From positions 64,001 through 128,000 of the forward strand of contig CAWJSR010000003.1 in NCBI GenBank assembly GCA_963845515.1: 64,000 nucleotides of DNA. Direction: 5' to 3'. Each line of letters opens with the position of its first letter. Position 1 is the stretch's first letter. The position numbers were made by a program, and so were the translations under genes. Positions 40,419 to 50,760 of this stretch are shown in pieces. Origin of the DNA: an uncultured delta proteobacterium (GTDB taxonomy: Bacteria > Myxococcota > Myxococcia > Myxococcales > Anaeromyxobacteraceae). Under the pieces are notes generated by a model. It worked only from the letters and a program-made list of their open reading frames with translations. It was not told where the DNA came from and did no database searches.

Positions 40419-40817
40419 ATGGTGCAGAAGCGCGCAGAACTTCCAGGCCGTGTCCTGGTGATCGACGACGAGCCGGCCGTGCAGGATCTCCTGCAGCGCG
40501 TGCTCGCCAACGCCGGCCATCAGGTGGTGGTCGTCGACTCCGCCGAGGCGGCCCTGATCAGGCTGGCGAAGGACCGCTACGACGTGATCGTGGTCGACAA
40601 CAACCTCCCCAGGATGACCGGCCTGGAGCTCATGTCACTCGTTCGCGAACATCACCCCGAGCTGCGCGCCATAATGATCACCGCCTACAACACCCCTGCC
40701 GTCGAGGCGCGCGCTCGCACGCTCGGCGTGATGTCCTACGTGGCGAAGCCATTCGGGATCGTCACCATCGTCGGCGCAGTGGACGACGCGATCCGCGACA
40801 GCCGCCGGGGACGCTGA
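40419..40817 (+). CDS. Single-domain response regulator
   Basis: VLVIDDE, VVDNNLPRMTG, MITAY, YVAKPF. Confidence 0.93.
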   Translation: MVQKRAELPGRVLVIDDEPAVQDLLQRVLANAGHQVVVVDSAEAALIRLAKDRYDVIVVDNNLPRMTGLELMSLVREHHPELRAIMITAYNTPAVEARARTLGVMSYVAKPFGIVTIVGAVDDAIRDSRRGR

Positions 40818-40828
40818 GGGGCCGCCGG

Positions 40829-42001
40829 GTGGAGGGGGCGCGGGGCCACACGCGTCGCTGGGACCTCGACCAGGTCGTCGCCGTCGTGAGCGCGGTCGGG
40901 CTCGCCGCGGTCTTCGCCACGCTCCTCCTCGACCTCCGTGGCGGCGCAACGCGCGGAGTCAGGGCGGCCGAGATCGCCCAGCTGACGAACGTCGATGGGG
41001 CCGTGCGCTGCCGCGCCGCGGGAGCGCTCGTCTGGGAGACCGTCGGGACGGACCAGCCGCTCGCGGCCGGCGACGCCGTCTTCGTCCAGCCGGGCGGGTC
41101 CGCCACCATCGCCTTCCGCGCCGGCGCCCAGATCGAGCTGGAGGAGCGGTCGCTCGTCGTCGTCGAGCCCCCCGACGAGGAGGCCGACCGGGTCCGCGTG
41201 CTGGAGGGCGCGGTCGTCGCGGCCGCCGGCAGCCAGGGGCTCTCCGTCCAGACCAGGACCGGTCAGGCCGTCGTGGCACCGGGCGGTGCGGTGTCGGTCG
41301 AGGGCGGGGCTGGGCTCCAGCTCCTCGAGGGGCATGCCACCGTCGATGGCGAGGAGCGCGGCGCCAGCGCGGGCGTGGCGCTCGTGACACCGGCGCGGAG
41401 CTACCGGTTCTACATCCAGGAGTTCCCCGCCTCCGTCGCCCTTCGCTGGGACGGCGAGGCGGCGCGGACCTTCAGCCTCCAGGTGAGCCGCGAGCGCTCC
41501 TTCGCGGCGCCGGTCGCGACCGGCCCGGGCGCCGCCGGCCTCTTCGAGGTCGAGGTCGACGCCTCTGGCGCCTGGTACTGGCGGATCGTCGACGGGAACG
41601 GCGCGCCCGTCAGCGAGGTCCGCAAGTTCATGGCCATCGCCGATCGCCCGCCTCGCCCCTACTCTCCTGCGCCCGGTGAGATCGTCCTGGCGCCGCAGGG
41701 CGTGCAGGTGCCGTTCTGGTGGACCGCGGTGGCAGGGGCAGCCCGCTACCGCGTGGAGGTCGCGGCCGACGCCGCCTTCCGGCAGATCGCCTTCTCCGAG
41801 CCGGCCAACGGCCCGGGGCTGTGGGCCGCCCTGGACCTGACCGAGGGGATCTATTACTGGCGCGTCCGCGCCGAGCGTCCGCGCGAGACGGATCGCCTCT
41901 CGCCGCCGTCGGCCGGTGTCCCGTTCCGGTTGATCCGGCGGCCGGTGCTCGACGCGCCACAGCTCTTCGACGCCGCCATCGAGGAGGGCCATGCGCGCTA
42001 G
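40829..42001 (+). CDS. Membrane-anchored FecR-like protein with two FN3-like domains
   Basis: TM; AQL..VDGAV..W..L.AGDAV....GSATI.F..IELEERSLV; F.LQVS..F..WYWR and YRVEVA..F..YYWRVRA. Start codon uncertain. Confidence 0.75.
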   Translation: MEGARGHTRRWDLDQVVAVVSAVGLAAVFATLLLDLRGGATRGVRAAEIAQLTNVDGAVRCRAAGALVWETVGTDQPLAAGDAVFVQPGGSATIAFRAGAQIELEERSLVVVEPPDEEADRVRVLEGAVVAAAGSQGLSVQTRTGQAVVAPGGAVSVEGGAGLQLLEGHATVDGEERGASAGVALVTPARSYRFYIQEFPASVALRWDGEAARTFSLQVSRERSFAAPVATGPGAAGLFEVEVDASGAWYWRIVDGNGAPVSEVRKFMAIADRPPRPYSPAPGEIVLAPQGVQVPFWWTAVAGAARYRVEVAADAAFRQIAFSEPANGPGLWAALDLTEGIYYWRVRAERPRETDRLSPPSAGVPFRLIRRPVLDAPQLFDAAIEEGHAR

Positions 42002-42998
42002 CCAGGCCCTCCTCGCAGCCGCTCTCTGCGCCGGCGCCGTCCATGCCGCGCGGGGCGAGGAGCCCGCGGAGCGGGTGGTCCTGAGGTGGCAGTCAGTCCC
42101 CGGCGCCGCCGGGTACGACCTGCAGGTCGCCCTGGACGCGGGGTTCAGCAGCCGTGAGCTGGACTTGCGCGTGGAGCTCGCGGGCTACCGGATGGCCGCG
42201 TCAGGCGTGCGCCGCTACTGGCGAGTCCGGGCCGTCGACGCCGACGGACGCGCCGGACCGTGGAGCGCGTCGAAGACCATCGAGCCGCTCCAACGCGCGC
42301 CGGCGCGGGCCGACGGCCCCCGGACGGAGGCGGCGCCGGCGCCGGCGCTCCTCCATGTCCCCCCGCTCCCACCGGCCGCGGTCGAGGAGGCAGCGCCGCA
42401 GGCGGCCGTGGCGAATGCGCCGGCTGCGGTCGAGCCCGTCGCCGAGGCGGTCCGTCCCTTGGATCTCCGGGACGAAGGACTCGAGGGGATCAAGTTGTCG
42501 GGGGTGCTCCGCCACGGCCGCCCCGGCGCGATGGTGGGCTGGCGCACCAACCTGCTCGGCGTCACCGCGCCCTCCGTGGCGATCGAGGGGACCTGGCCGC
42601 TGCCCTGGCTCGGCGCCGCGTACTCCGCCGCGCTCCGCGCAGGCTGGTGGCGGGAGCGGGCGACCGTCCCCGACCTCGGCGGGCTCACCGCCGAGTTCGA
42701 AGCGACGGCCGACGTCCTGCCCATCGCCGCCATGGCGTTCGGGAGCTTCACCACGAGGTGGGCGCGGGCATACGCGGGGGCAGGGCCCGGAGTGGACCTG
42801 GTGATCGTCCGGGTCCCGAAGGAGGGGGCGCTGGAGGCGAGCCCCACGATCGGTGCCGTCGCGGGAGCGGGTAGGCGCCTGGGGCCGGGCGAGGCCTTCG
42901 CGGAGCTGGCCGGTGGCCTCGGCGGGGTCGACGGCCCCCTCGGCGCGGCTCCGAACCGGCGGAATCTCCCTCTCGGTGGGGTATCGTCTGACCGATGA
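41991..42998 (+). CDS. Exported protein: FN3-like domain, PA linker, probable beta-barrel (3' frameshifts likely)
   Basis: Signal peptide; LRWQSVPGAAGYDLQV..YWRVRAVD; strand-like C-terminal half; GISLSVGYR in the adjacent frame. Confidence 0.65.
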   Translation: MRASQALLAAALCAGAVHAARGEEPAERVVLRWQSVPGAAGYDLQVALDAGFSSRELDLRVELAGYRMAASGVRRYWRVRAVDADGRAGPWSASKTIEPLQRAPARADGPRTEAAPAPALLHVPPLPPAAVEEAAPQAAVANAPAAVEPVAEAVRPLDLRDEGLEGIKLSGVLRHGRPGAMVGWRTNLLGVTAPSVAIEGTWPLPWLGAAYSAALRAGWWRERATVPDLGGLTAEFEATADVLPIAAMAFGSFTTRWARAYAGAGPGVDLVIVRVPKEGALEASPTIGAVAGAGRRLGPGEAFAELAGGLGGVDGPLGAAPNRRNLPLGGVSSDR

Positions 42999-43650
42999 TC
43001 CGGCGCGCCGCCATGACCTTAGCCGCTCTCTTCGCGGCAGGCTGCACCTGGAGGGAGCCGCCCTCCATCGCCGTGGCGTCCGTCAACCCGGCGTCGACGA
43101 CCCGGGGCGTGATGACGATGGTCACGGTGACGGGTGAAGGGTTCGAGCCCAGCGTCTTCGTCGACTTCGACGATCCGGAGAGCTCCTCTGTGTGCGGCGG
43201 CTATCGGGTCGAGCTTCGCGCGGCCGGAAGGACGCCCGTGGCGCTCCGGATGCGACGGATCGTGTCCTCCACCGAGGTGCGCGGCCGGATGCATCGGGGA
43301 CGTGGGAAAGGCGCGTGGGACGTCGTCGTCATCGACCCCGAGGGGCGTGGAGGCTGCGCTGACCGGAGCGCTCGAACGTCAGCTGCAACTGCTCGCCCTC
43401 GAACACTCCCTGCGACGACCGGAGCCCTGCACCTTCGACGCGGACCTCGGCGACTCCGACAGGTGCAAGCGGCAGCTCCTTCTGCGAAGGCATGAGCCAC
43501 CTGCCCGACGACACCTCCTGCGCGTTCGCATGCGCCGCCGGAGGTACGGTGCCCGGGACCTGCCGCGCCGGCGTGTGTGTCCCCGCCGCGGGGCAGTGTG
43601 AGCCACCGCCCGCTGCACCCCTGAGTGGAGCGAGGAGCGCCCCGCGATGA
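42995..43650 (+). CDS. Lipoprotein with IPT/TIG-like domain and Cys-rich C-terminus (several frameshifts)
   Basis: Lipobox FAAGC; SVNP..VTVTGEGF..WDVVVIDP; Cys-rich fragments end at TGA 43648-43650, overlapping the kinase ATG. Confidence 0.6.
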
Positions 43651-45407
43651 TCCACTCCATCCGAACGCAGATCCTGGTGCTCCTCGCGGGCGTCCTGCTC
43701 GCCGGGCTGGTCACCTGGTTCGCGCTCGCCAACCGGCTCTTCACGCGCGATCGGCTCGCCTACACCTACGACCTCACCTCGTCGCTCGCCACGACCGTCT
43801 CGGAGCAGCTTCGGGAGAGCCTCGGGAGCCGGGTCGACAAGCTCCTCTACTTCGCGGCGGCCGCCTCGGGGGGAGATCCGCTGAAGCAGGCACGGCTGCT
43901 CGTCGAGTCGGATCCGGACCTCATCGGCGTGGAGCTGTGGCGGAGCCACGGCGGGCGGTTCGAGCGTGAGGTCGCCTGGACGGACCCCGCGCGGCTCGAC
44001 GCAGCCGATCTCGCGCGCGAGGACGTGGACGAGGCGCGCCGCACCGCCCCCGTCGCGTTCGAGGCGCTCGCGTCCGAGGGGCCCCAGCTCCAGAACGCCA
44101 GCCTCCCGCCCGACGTCCCGCTGCTGACGCTCGCCGCGGTGAGCCCCGGGGGCGAGACCGCCGTCGTGGCGATCCTGAAGCCGGACCGGCTGCTCCGGAT
44201 CTTCGCCCGCTCCGCCGCCTACCGCGTCTACCTGGTGGACGGCCGCGGCCGGGTGGTGGTCCATCCGGATCCTGCGCGGGTGGTCGGGCGCGCCGACGTC
44301 AGCGCGTCGCAGGTGGTCCACCAGGCCACGCGCGGTCCGGTGGCGCGCGCGGTCCGGGACTTCGAGGGGCCGGAGGGCGCGGTCATAGGCGCCTTCGCCC
44401 GCGTCGGGCTCGGGCGGCTCGCCGTGATCGCCGAGGTCCCGAGGGCGGAGGCGCTCCGCGCGGGACGCGAGCTGGGACGGCGCACGGTGCTGCTCGGCCT
44501 CGGCATCCTCTTCGTCGGCATCCTCGCGAGCTACTTCGTCGGCCGGCGCATCACGGCGCCGCTGCGCCACCTGGAGCGGGCCGCGCAGCGGATCGGCGCC
44601 GGCGAGCTCGGGACCCAGGTCGAGGTGGAGGGGCGAGGCGAGACGGCGGAGCTGGCCACCGCCTTCAACCGGATGAGCGCCGAGCTCGCCGACCGCGAGG
44701 CGCGCCTCTCCGAGGCCCACACGCAGATCTCCCGCGCCGACAAGCTCTCCGCGGTCGGCGAGCTCGCGGCGAGCATCGCCCACGAGGTGAAGAACCCGGT
44801 GACCGCCGTCGTCGGCTACGCGCAGCTCGGGCTGGAGACCCGGACGATCGCGGAGGCGCACGAGCTCTTCGCGCTGGTGGAGAGGCAGGGCTGGCGCGCG
44901 GGTGAGGTGCTCCAGAGCCTGCTGGAGTTCACGCGGCGCGAGCCCACGTCGGCCGAGCCGGTCGAGCCGTCGGAGCTCGCGGCGGAGACGGTCCGTCTCC
45001 TGCTGCATCCCCTCAGGATGCGGGGGGTCACCTTGCGGAGCGAGCTGCCGGAGGGGCTCCCCAGGGTCCTCGCCCACGCGGGCGAGCTTCAGCAGGTGAT
45101 GGTGAACCTGGTCATGAACGCCGCCGACGCGATGGACGGGCGCGAGTCCCGGATCGTGACGCTCGGCGGCGCGGCGGAGCGCGACAGGGTGCTCCTCTTC
45201 GTGCGCGACACCGGCGCTGGAGTCCCGCCCGAGCTGCGCGAGAAGATCTTCCAGCCCTTCTTCACCACCAAGAAGGGGCGGGACGGCACCGGGCTCGGGC
45301 TCTCGGTCAGCCAGCGGATCGTGAAGGACCTCGGTGGGGAGATCCTGGTCGAGAGCGTCGTGGGCGAGGGGTCGACCTTCACCGTCGTGCTGCCGGCCAT
45401 GAGCTGA
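43647..45407 (+). CDS. Sensor histidine kinase (Cache-like, HAMP, HisKA, HATPase)
   Basis: Two TMs, YLVDGRG..HPD, AHEVKNP, NLVMNA, DTGAG, FFTTK..GTGLGL. Confidence 0.95.
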   Translation: MIHSIRTQILVLLAGVLLAGLVTWFALANRLFTRDRLAYTYDLTSSLATTVSEQLRESLGSRVDKLLYFAAAASGGDPLKQARLLVESDPDLIGVELWRSHGGRFEREVAWTDPARLDAADLAREDVDEARRTAPVAFEALASEGPQLQNASLPPDVPLLTLAAVSPGGETAVVAILKPDRLLRIFARSAAYRVYLVDGRGRVVVHPDPARVVGRADVSASQVVHQATRGPVARAVRDFEGPEGAVIGAFARVGLGRLAVIAEVPRAEALRAGRELGRRTVLLGLGILFVGILASYFVGRRITAPLRHLERAAQRIGAGELGTQVEVEGRGETAELATAFNRMSAELADREARLSEAHTQISRADKLSAVGELAASIAHEVKNPVTAVVGYAQLGLETRTIAEAHELFALVERQGWRAGEVLQSLLEFTRREPTSAEPVEPSELAAETVRLLLHPLRMRGVTLRSELPEGLPRVLAHAGELQQVMVNLVMNAADAMDGRESRIVTLGGAAERDRVLLFVRDTGAGVPPELREKIFQPFFTTKKGRDGTGLGLSVSQRIVKDLGGEILVESVVGEGSTFTVVLPAMS

Positions 45408-45443
45408 GCCGCGCCGAACGCGCGGTCGGAGCGGTGATGGGGC

Positions 45444-45923
45444 TCACCTCGTGGCGGCGTCGACTGGCGTCGCCCGCAGGACCCGGGTGAGCTCCCCCGG
45501 CGCGATCCCGACCAGGAAGCCGCGCGAGCCGCCGTTCACGTAGATCTTCGGCAGCGCGAGGATCGTCCGCTCGACGTAGACCGGCATCGCCTTCCGGGTC
45601 CCGAACGGGCTCGTCCCGCCCACCTGGTATCCCGAGTGGCGGTTGGCCACCTCCGGACGGCAGATCTGGATGCTCTTCCTGCCGAGCTGGCGCGCCAGCG
45701 CCTTGGTCGAGACCTCGCGATCGCCGTGCATCAGCACGATGAGCGGCGCGCCGGCGTCGTCCTCGAAGACGAGCGTCTTGACGACCGCGTGCTCGTCCAC
45801 CCCGAGCTCACGTGACGAGGTGGCCGTGCCGCCCTTCTCCTCGTAGCGGTAGGGGTGCTCGGTGAAGGGCACGCCCTGCTCGCGCAGGAGCCGTACGGCG
45901 GGTGTGGAAGGTGTGCTGGACAT
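45444..45923 (-). CDS. ybaK: Cys-tRNA(Pro) deacylase YbaK/EbsC
   Basis: TPAVRLL..HPYRY, VKTLV, GYQVGGTSPFG, NGGSRG. Confidence 0.92.
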   Translation of the reverse strand: MSSTPSTPAVRLLREQGVPFTEHPYRYEEKGGTATSSRELGVDEHAVVKTLVFEDDAGAPLIVLMHGDREVSTKALARQLGRKSIQICRPEVANRHSGYQVGGTSPFGTRKAMPVYVERTILALPKIYVNGGSRGFLVGIAPGELTRVLRATPVDAATR

Positions 45924-46022
45924 GTCGTGGATCCGCTCCGAATGGGCGTGCGGCGCGCCGGGCCGGTCGAGGGAGGATAAGATGCTCCGGTCGCCCTCCG
46001 CCGGGCAGGGAGCAAGCTCCAT

Positions 46023-48545
46023 ATGGTACCCCCGAAGAAGGCCGTCGCACCCGCCGTCGCAGAGGCTCGCGCCCTCGAGCGCGCCCGCGACGTGCCCAGT
46101 GCGCGCTCCGCGAGCGATCCAGACACGCTCAAGCGGGCCTTCGCCGACCACCTCCACTACTCGCAGGCGAAGGACGAGCACAGCGCCACCGCCCTGGACC
46201 GCTTCTTCGCCGTCGCGTACTCGGTCCGCGACCGGATGATGCACCGGTGGATCCAGACGCAGCAGGCCTACTACAAGGCGGACGCGAAGCGGGTCTACTA
46301 CCTCTCGCTTGAGTTCCTGATGGGCAGGTCGCTCGAGAACAACCTCATCAACCTCGGCCTGCACGACGCCATGCGGGCGGCCCTCTCGGACCTGGGGCTC
46401 GACCTCTCCGATCTCCTGGAGCAGGAGCCGGACGCCGGCCTCGGCAACGGCGGCCTCGGGCGGCTGGCGGCCTGCTTCCTGGACTCGATGGCCTCGCTCG
46501 CGCTGCCGGCCTACGGCTACGGCATCCGGTACGAGTTCGGGATCTTCGACCAGGAGATCCGGAGGGGCTACCAGATCGAGCGGCCGGAGGAGTGGCTCCG
46601 CTTCGGCAACGCGTGGGAGATCCCCCGGCCCGAGTACGTGGTGCCGGTGAAGCTCTACGGCAGGACCGAGCACTTCACGGACGAGCGGGGGAAGCACCGG
46701 GTCCGCTGGGTGGACGCGCGCCGCCTCCTCGGCATGCCGTACGACATCCCGATCGCCGGCTACCGGAACGGCACCGTCAACACCCTGCGGCTCTGGCGCG
46801 CGCGGGCCTCGGAGGAGCTGGACCTCGCCGACTTCAACGCCGGCGACTACATGCGGGCGGTGGAGGAGAAGAACCTCACCGAGAACATCTCGAAGGTCCT
46901 CTACCCCAACGACCTGACGGTGATGGGCAAGGAGCTGCGGCTCCAGCAGCAGTACTTCTTCGTCGCCTGCTCGATCCACGACGTCGTCAACCGCCACCTC
47001 AAGATGCACGACGGCTTCGGCGGCTTCCCCGACAAGGTCGCGCTGCAGCTCAACGACACGCATCCGGCCGTGGCCGTCGCGGAGCTGATGCGGATCCTGG
47101 TGGACGACCACGAGCTGGAGTGGGAAGAGGCCTGGGAGATCTCCCACGCCACCATCGGCTACACCAACCACACGCTCATGCCGGAGGCGCTGGAGCGCTG
47201 GTCGGTGGACCTCTTCGGTCGGGTCCTGCCCCGCCACCTCGAGATCGTCCTCGAGGTGAACCGGCGGTTCATCGAGGGGGTCCGGGCGGGGAAGAAGGTG
47301 GACGAGGCGGCGGTGAAGCGCATGAGCGTCATCGAGGAGGGGCCGGTCAAGCAGGTCCGGATGGCCAACCTGGCGGTCATCGGGTCCAGCTCGGTGAACG
47401 GCGTCGCCGCGCTCCACACCCAGCTCCTCAAGCGCGAGCTGTTCCGCGACTTCAACGCGCTCTGGCCGGAGCGCTTCAACAACAAGACGAACGGCGTCAC
47501 GCCGCGCCGCTGGGTCCTGGCGGCCAACCCCGAGCTGGCCCGGGCGATCACCGACGCGATCGGGCCGGAGTGGGTCACCGACGCCGAGCAGCTTCGCAGG
47601 CTCGAGCCGCTCGCCGCAGACACCGGCTTCCGGCGGCTCTTCCGCCGGATCAAGCGCGAGAACAAGGAGCGGCTGGCGGCGATCATCAGGGCCGACAACG
47701 GCGTCTCGGTGGACGTGGACTCGATCTTCGACGTCCAGGTGAAGCGGATCCACGAGTACAAGCGCCAGCTCCTCAACGCGCTCCGGGTCGCCGGCGAGTA
47801 CCTCCGGATGAAGGCCGATCCGACCTACCGCCCGTACCCGCGCACCTATCTCTTCGGGGGCAAGGCGGCCCCGGGCTACGCGGCGGCGAAGCTGATCATC
47901 AAGCTCGTCAACTCGATCTCCGACGTCGTCAACGCCGACGTCGACGTCCGCGGCCACATCTCCGTCGTCTTCCTGCGGAACTACCGGGTGTCCCTCGCCG
48001 AGCGGGTCTTCCCCGCGGCGGACGTCTCCGAGCAGATCTCGACCGCCGGGACCGAGGCCTCCGGGACCGGGAACATGAAGTTCGCGCTCAACGGCGCGCT
48101 CACGCTCGGGACGCTCGACGGCGCAAACGTCGAGATCAGGGAGGCCGTGGGGGCGGAGAACTTCTTCCTCTTCGGCCTGACGGTCGAGGAGGTGGCCGCC
48201 CTCCGCGCGCGCGGCTACGACCCGCGCGAGCGCTACGAAGCGGACCGGACGCTCAAGGGCGTGATCGACGCGATCGGGTCGGGGGTCTTCTCCCCCGACG
48301 AGCCGGGCCTCTTCCGCCCCATCGTCGACTCGCTCCTCTCGGCCGACCGCTACCTGGTCCTCGCCGACTACGCCGCCTACTGCGCGGCGCAGAGCGAGCT
48401 GGCCCTCGCCTACCAGGACCCCGAACGCTGGACGCGGATGGCCATCCTGAACGTCGCGCGGTCGGGCCAGTTCTCGTCCGACCGGACGATCCGGCAGTAC
48501 GCCGAGGAGATCTGGCACGTGCGGCCGATCCCGGTCGAGACGTGA
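46023..48545 (+). CDS. glgP: Glycogen/alpha-glucan phosphorylase
   Basis: YLSLEFLMGR, LGNGGLGRLAACF, NDTHP, KRIHEYKRQ, EASGTGNMKF. Confidence 0.98.
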   Translation: MVPPKKAVAPAVAEARALERARDVPSARSASDPDTLKRAFADHLHYSQAKDEHSATALDRFFAVAYSVRDRMMHRWIQTQQAYYKADAKRVYYLSLEFLMGRSLENNLINLGLHDAMRAALSDLGLDLSDLLEQEPDAGLGNGGLGRLAACFLDSMASLALPAYGYGIRYEFGIFDQEIRRGYQIERPEEWLRFGNAWEIPRPEYVVPVKLYGRTEHFTDERGKHRVRWVDARRLLGMPYDIPIAGYRNGTVNTLRLWRARASEELDLADFNAGDYMRAVEEKNLTENISKVLYPNDLTVMGKELRLQQQYFFVACSIHDVVNRHLKMHDGFGGFPDKVALQLNDTHPAVAVAELMRILVDDHELEWEEAWEISHATIGYTNHTLMPEALERWSVDLFGRVLPRHLEIVLEVNRRFIEGVRAGKKVDEAAVKRMSVIEEGPVKQVRMANLAVIGSSSVNGVAALHTQLLKRELFRDFNALWPERFNNKTNGVTPRRWVLAANPELARAITDAIGPEWVTDAEQLRRLEPLAADTGFRRLFRRIKRENKERLAAIIRADNGVSVDVDSIFDVQVKRIHEYKRQLLNALRVAGEYLRMKADPTYRPYPRTYLFGGKAAPGYAAAKLIIKLVNSISDVVNADVDVRGHISVVFLRNYRVSLAERVFPAADVSEQISTAGTEASGTGNMKFALNGALTLGTLDGANVEIREAVGAENFFLFGLTVEEVAALRARGYDPRERYEADRTLKGVIDAIGSGVFSPDEPGLFRPIVDSLLSADRYLVLADYAAYCAAQSELALAYQDPERWTRMAILNVARSGQFSSDRTIRQYAEEIWHVRPIPVET

Positions 48546-48628
48546 TCGCCACTCCCACGGCCCCTCGAGGAATGCGCAGCGCTCCTCGCCAGTTGGACCT
48601 AGCGCCTCCGCACGAAAGGACTCCGCAC

Positions 48629-49213
48629 ATGACCCTCCGCCAGACCCTCCTCGCCGCAGCGTCGATCCCGCTCCTGGCCGCCTGCGGCGTCCAGTCGATC
48701 CCCCGCGCCGACAACGCGGTCACCGCAGCCTGGGCGGAGGTGGAGAACCAGTACCAGCGCCGCGCCGACCTCGTGCCGAACCTGGTCGAGACGGTGAAGG
48801 GAGCGGCCGCGCACGAGCGCGAGACGCTGGAGGCCGTCGTCGCCGCGCGAGCCCGCGCGACCTCGATCCAGCTCTCGGCGAACGACCTGACGCCGGAGAA
48901 CCTCAAGAAGTTCGAGGCGGCGCAGGGTGAGCTGCGCAGCGCCCTCGGGCGGCTGCTGGCCGTGGCGGAGAGCTACCCGCAGCTGAGGGCCAACGAGAAC
49001 TTCCGGGACCTGCAGGCCCAGCTGGAGGGGACGGAGAACCGCATCACCACGGCCCGGCGCAGGTTCATCGAGGCGGTCAACGCGTTCAACGACCTCGTGT
49101 CCGTGCCGCCGACCAGCTGGACCAACTCGATGATGTACCACAAGCAGCCGAAGCCCCAGTTCCAGGCGACGACGCCGGACGCCGCCAAGCCGCCCAAGGT
49201 CGAGTTCAAGTGA
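48629..49213 (+). CDS. lemA: LemA family lipoprotein
   Basis: LAAC; WAEVENQYQRRADLVPNLV; YPQLRANENF..QLEGTENRI. Confidence 0.95.
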   Translation: MTLRQTLLAAASIPLLAACGVQSIPRADNAVTAAWAEVENQYQRRADLVPNLVETVKGAAAHERETLEAVVAARARATSIQLSANDLTPENLKKFEAAQGELRSALGRLLAVAESYPQLRANENFRDLQAQLEGTENRITTARRRFIEAVNAFNDLVSVPPTSWTNSMMYHKQPKPQFQATTPDAAKPPKVEFK

Positions 49214-49287
49214 CCCGAGGTGTTCACCCAAAGGAACATCCCCTCTCCCCACCGGGGGACTGAGCATTCAACGCATTTGCGCGCCTT

Positions 49288-49337
49288 GGGGATGCACCTC
49301 TCCCCCGCCCCCGCGGGGGAGAGGCTGGGTGAGGGGG
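49288..49337. repeat. REP-like palindrome (same sequence as 59738-59787)
   Basis: GGGGATGCACCTCTCCCCCGCCCCCGCGGGGGAGAGGCTGGGTGAGGGGG. Confidence 0.9.
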
Positions 49338-50070
49338 CTGCTTCCCATCGCCATCGCCCTCTTCATCGCGGCGCTCCCGGCCGCTCTCCCACGCCGCCAT
49401 CCCCGTCCCCTCCCTCACCGGTCCGGTCGTCGACGAGGCCGGCCTCCTCGACGCGGGCTCGCGGCGGAGGATCGAGGCGCTCTCCCGCGCCGCGCTCGCG
49501 CAGGAGAGCGGGCGCGGCGTCCAGCTCCAGTACCTCGTCGTGAGGACGCTCGACGGTGAGGCGATCGAGGACTTCTCGATGCGCGTCGCCGAGGTGTGGA
49601 AGCTCGGGACCAGCGCTGGGGACAACGGCGTCCTCGTCACCGTCGCCAGCGAGGATCGGCAGGTCCGGATCGAGGTCGGGCAGGGAGTGGAAGGCGGGCT
49701 GACCGACGTCCAGTCCTCCCGCATCATCAGGAACACGATCACTCCCGCCTTTCGCGCGGGGCGCTTCGGCGACGGGCTCTACGACGCCGGGGTCGAGATC
49801 CTCTCGGCGCTCGGCGCGCTCCCGAAGGACGTGGCGCGCCACGCCGCCCGCGGCCGGCCGTCCCAGCGGCTGTCCGGGCTGGCGATGGTCGTCCTGGTGA
49901 TCCTCTCCATCGTCTTCCGCGTCATGTTCGGCGGGATGGGGTTGCGCCGCCGGAGCCACTTCGGTGGCTGGGGAGGGCCCTGGGGCGGCGGCGGGTTCGG
50001 CGGCGGCGGCGGGAGCTGGGGCGGTGGCGGCGGCGGTTTCAGCGGTGGTGGCGCCTCGGGGCGCTGGTAG
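49329..50070 (+). CDS. TPM-domain protein with Gly-rich tail (frameshift near 49390)
   Basis: Signal peptide in the 49329 frame; VPSLTGPVVDEAGLL..W.LG..DNGVL..RIEVG.G.EG.LTD..GGGFSGGGASGRW in the next frame. Confidence 0.88.
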
Positions 50071-50079
50071 GAGGGGCCG

Positions 50080-50730
50080 ATGACGATCGAGAGCCAGTTC
50101 GGCCCAGACGCGCAGCAGCGGATCGCGGAGGCGATACGGCGAGCCGAGACGCTCTCCCGCGGCCAGATCGTGCCGGTGGTCGTCGAGAAGAGCGATCCCT
50201 ACTCGGAGGTCCGCTACCGCGGGGGGCTGCTGGCGGGCGCGATCGCGACCGGCGTGGCGCTCCTGATCCCGTATCCGCTCACGCTCGGTGAGCTGGCCCT
50301 CGTCCAGCTCGTGGCCGGGATCGTTGGCGCGCTCGCCTCGGCGTGGGACCCCCTCGAGCGCTTCTTCGCCGGCCGGCGCGCGCAGGAGCAGGCGGTGCAG
50401 GCGCGGGCGATGCGGGCCTTCGAGGAGCACGGCCTCGCGCGGACTGCGGAGGGGACTGGCGTCCTCGTCTTCGCCTCGCTCTTCGAGCACCGCGCCGTGA
50501 TCCTGGGCGACCACGGCATCCACGCGAAGATGAAGGACGCGACGAAGGACGAGTGGGAGAAGGCCCTCGCGGCGCTCACCGCCGGGATGAAGGCCGGCGA
50601 CACCGCCCGCGGCTTCGTCGACGCCATCGCCATCTGCGGTGCGCGGCTCGCCGAGCACTTCCCCCGCGACCCGTCGAAGCACCCGCCGCTCAACGAGCTG
50701 GAGGACGCGATCCGGGTGGAGCGGGGGTAG
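50080..50730 (+). CDS. Second TPM-domain membrane protein
   Basis: IAEAIRRAE..GQIVPVV, TGVLVF..EHRAVILGD.GI, HFP..NELED. Confidence 0.9.
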   Translation: MTIESQFGPDAQQRIAEAIRRAETLSRGQIVPVVVEKSDPYSEVRYRGGLLAGAIATGVALLIPYPLTLGELALVQLVAGIVGALASAWDPLERFFAGRRAQEQAVQARAMRAFEEHGLARTAEGTGVLVFASLFEHRAVILGDHGIHAKMKDATKDEWEKALAALTAGMKAGDTARGFVDAIAICGARLAEHFPRDPSKHPPLNELEDAIRVERG

Positions 50731-50760
50731 GGCGCGGACCGGAGACGGCGGCGGCGCGGA

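Noticed and set aside
49960..50070. GGC-rich low-complexity repeat
   Set aside because: Encodes the normal Gly-rich tail of the TPM protein.
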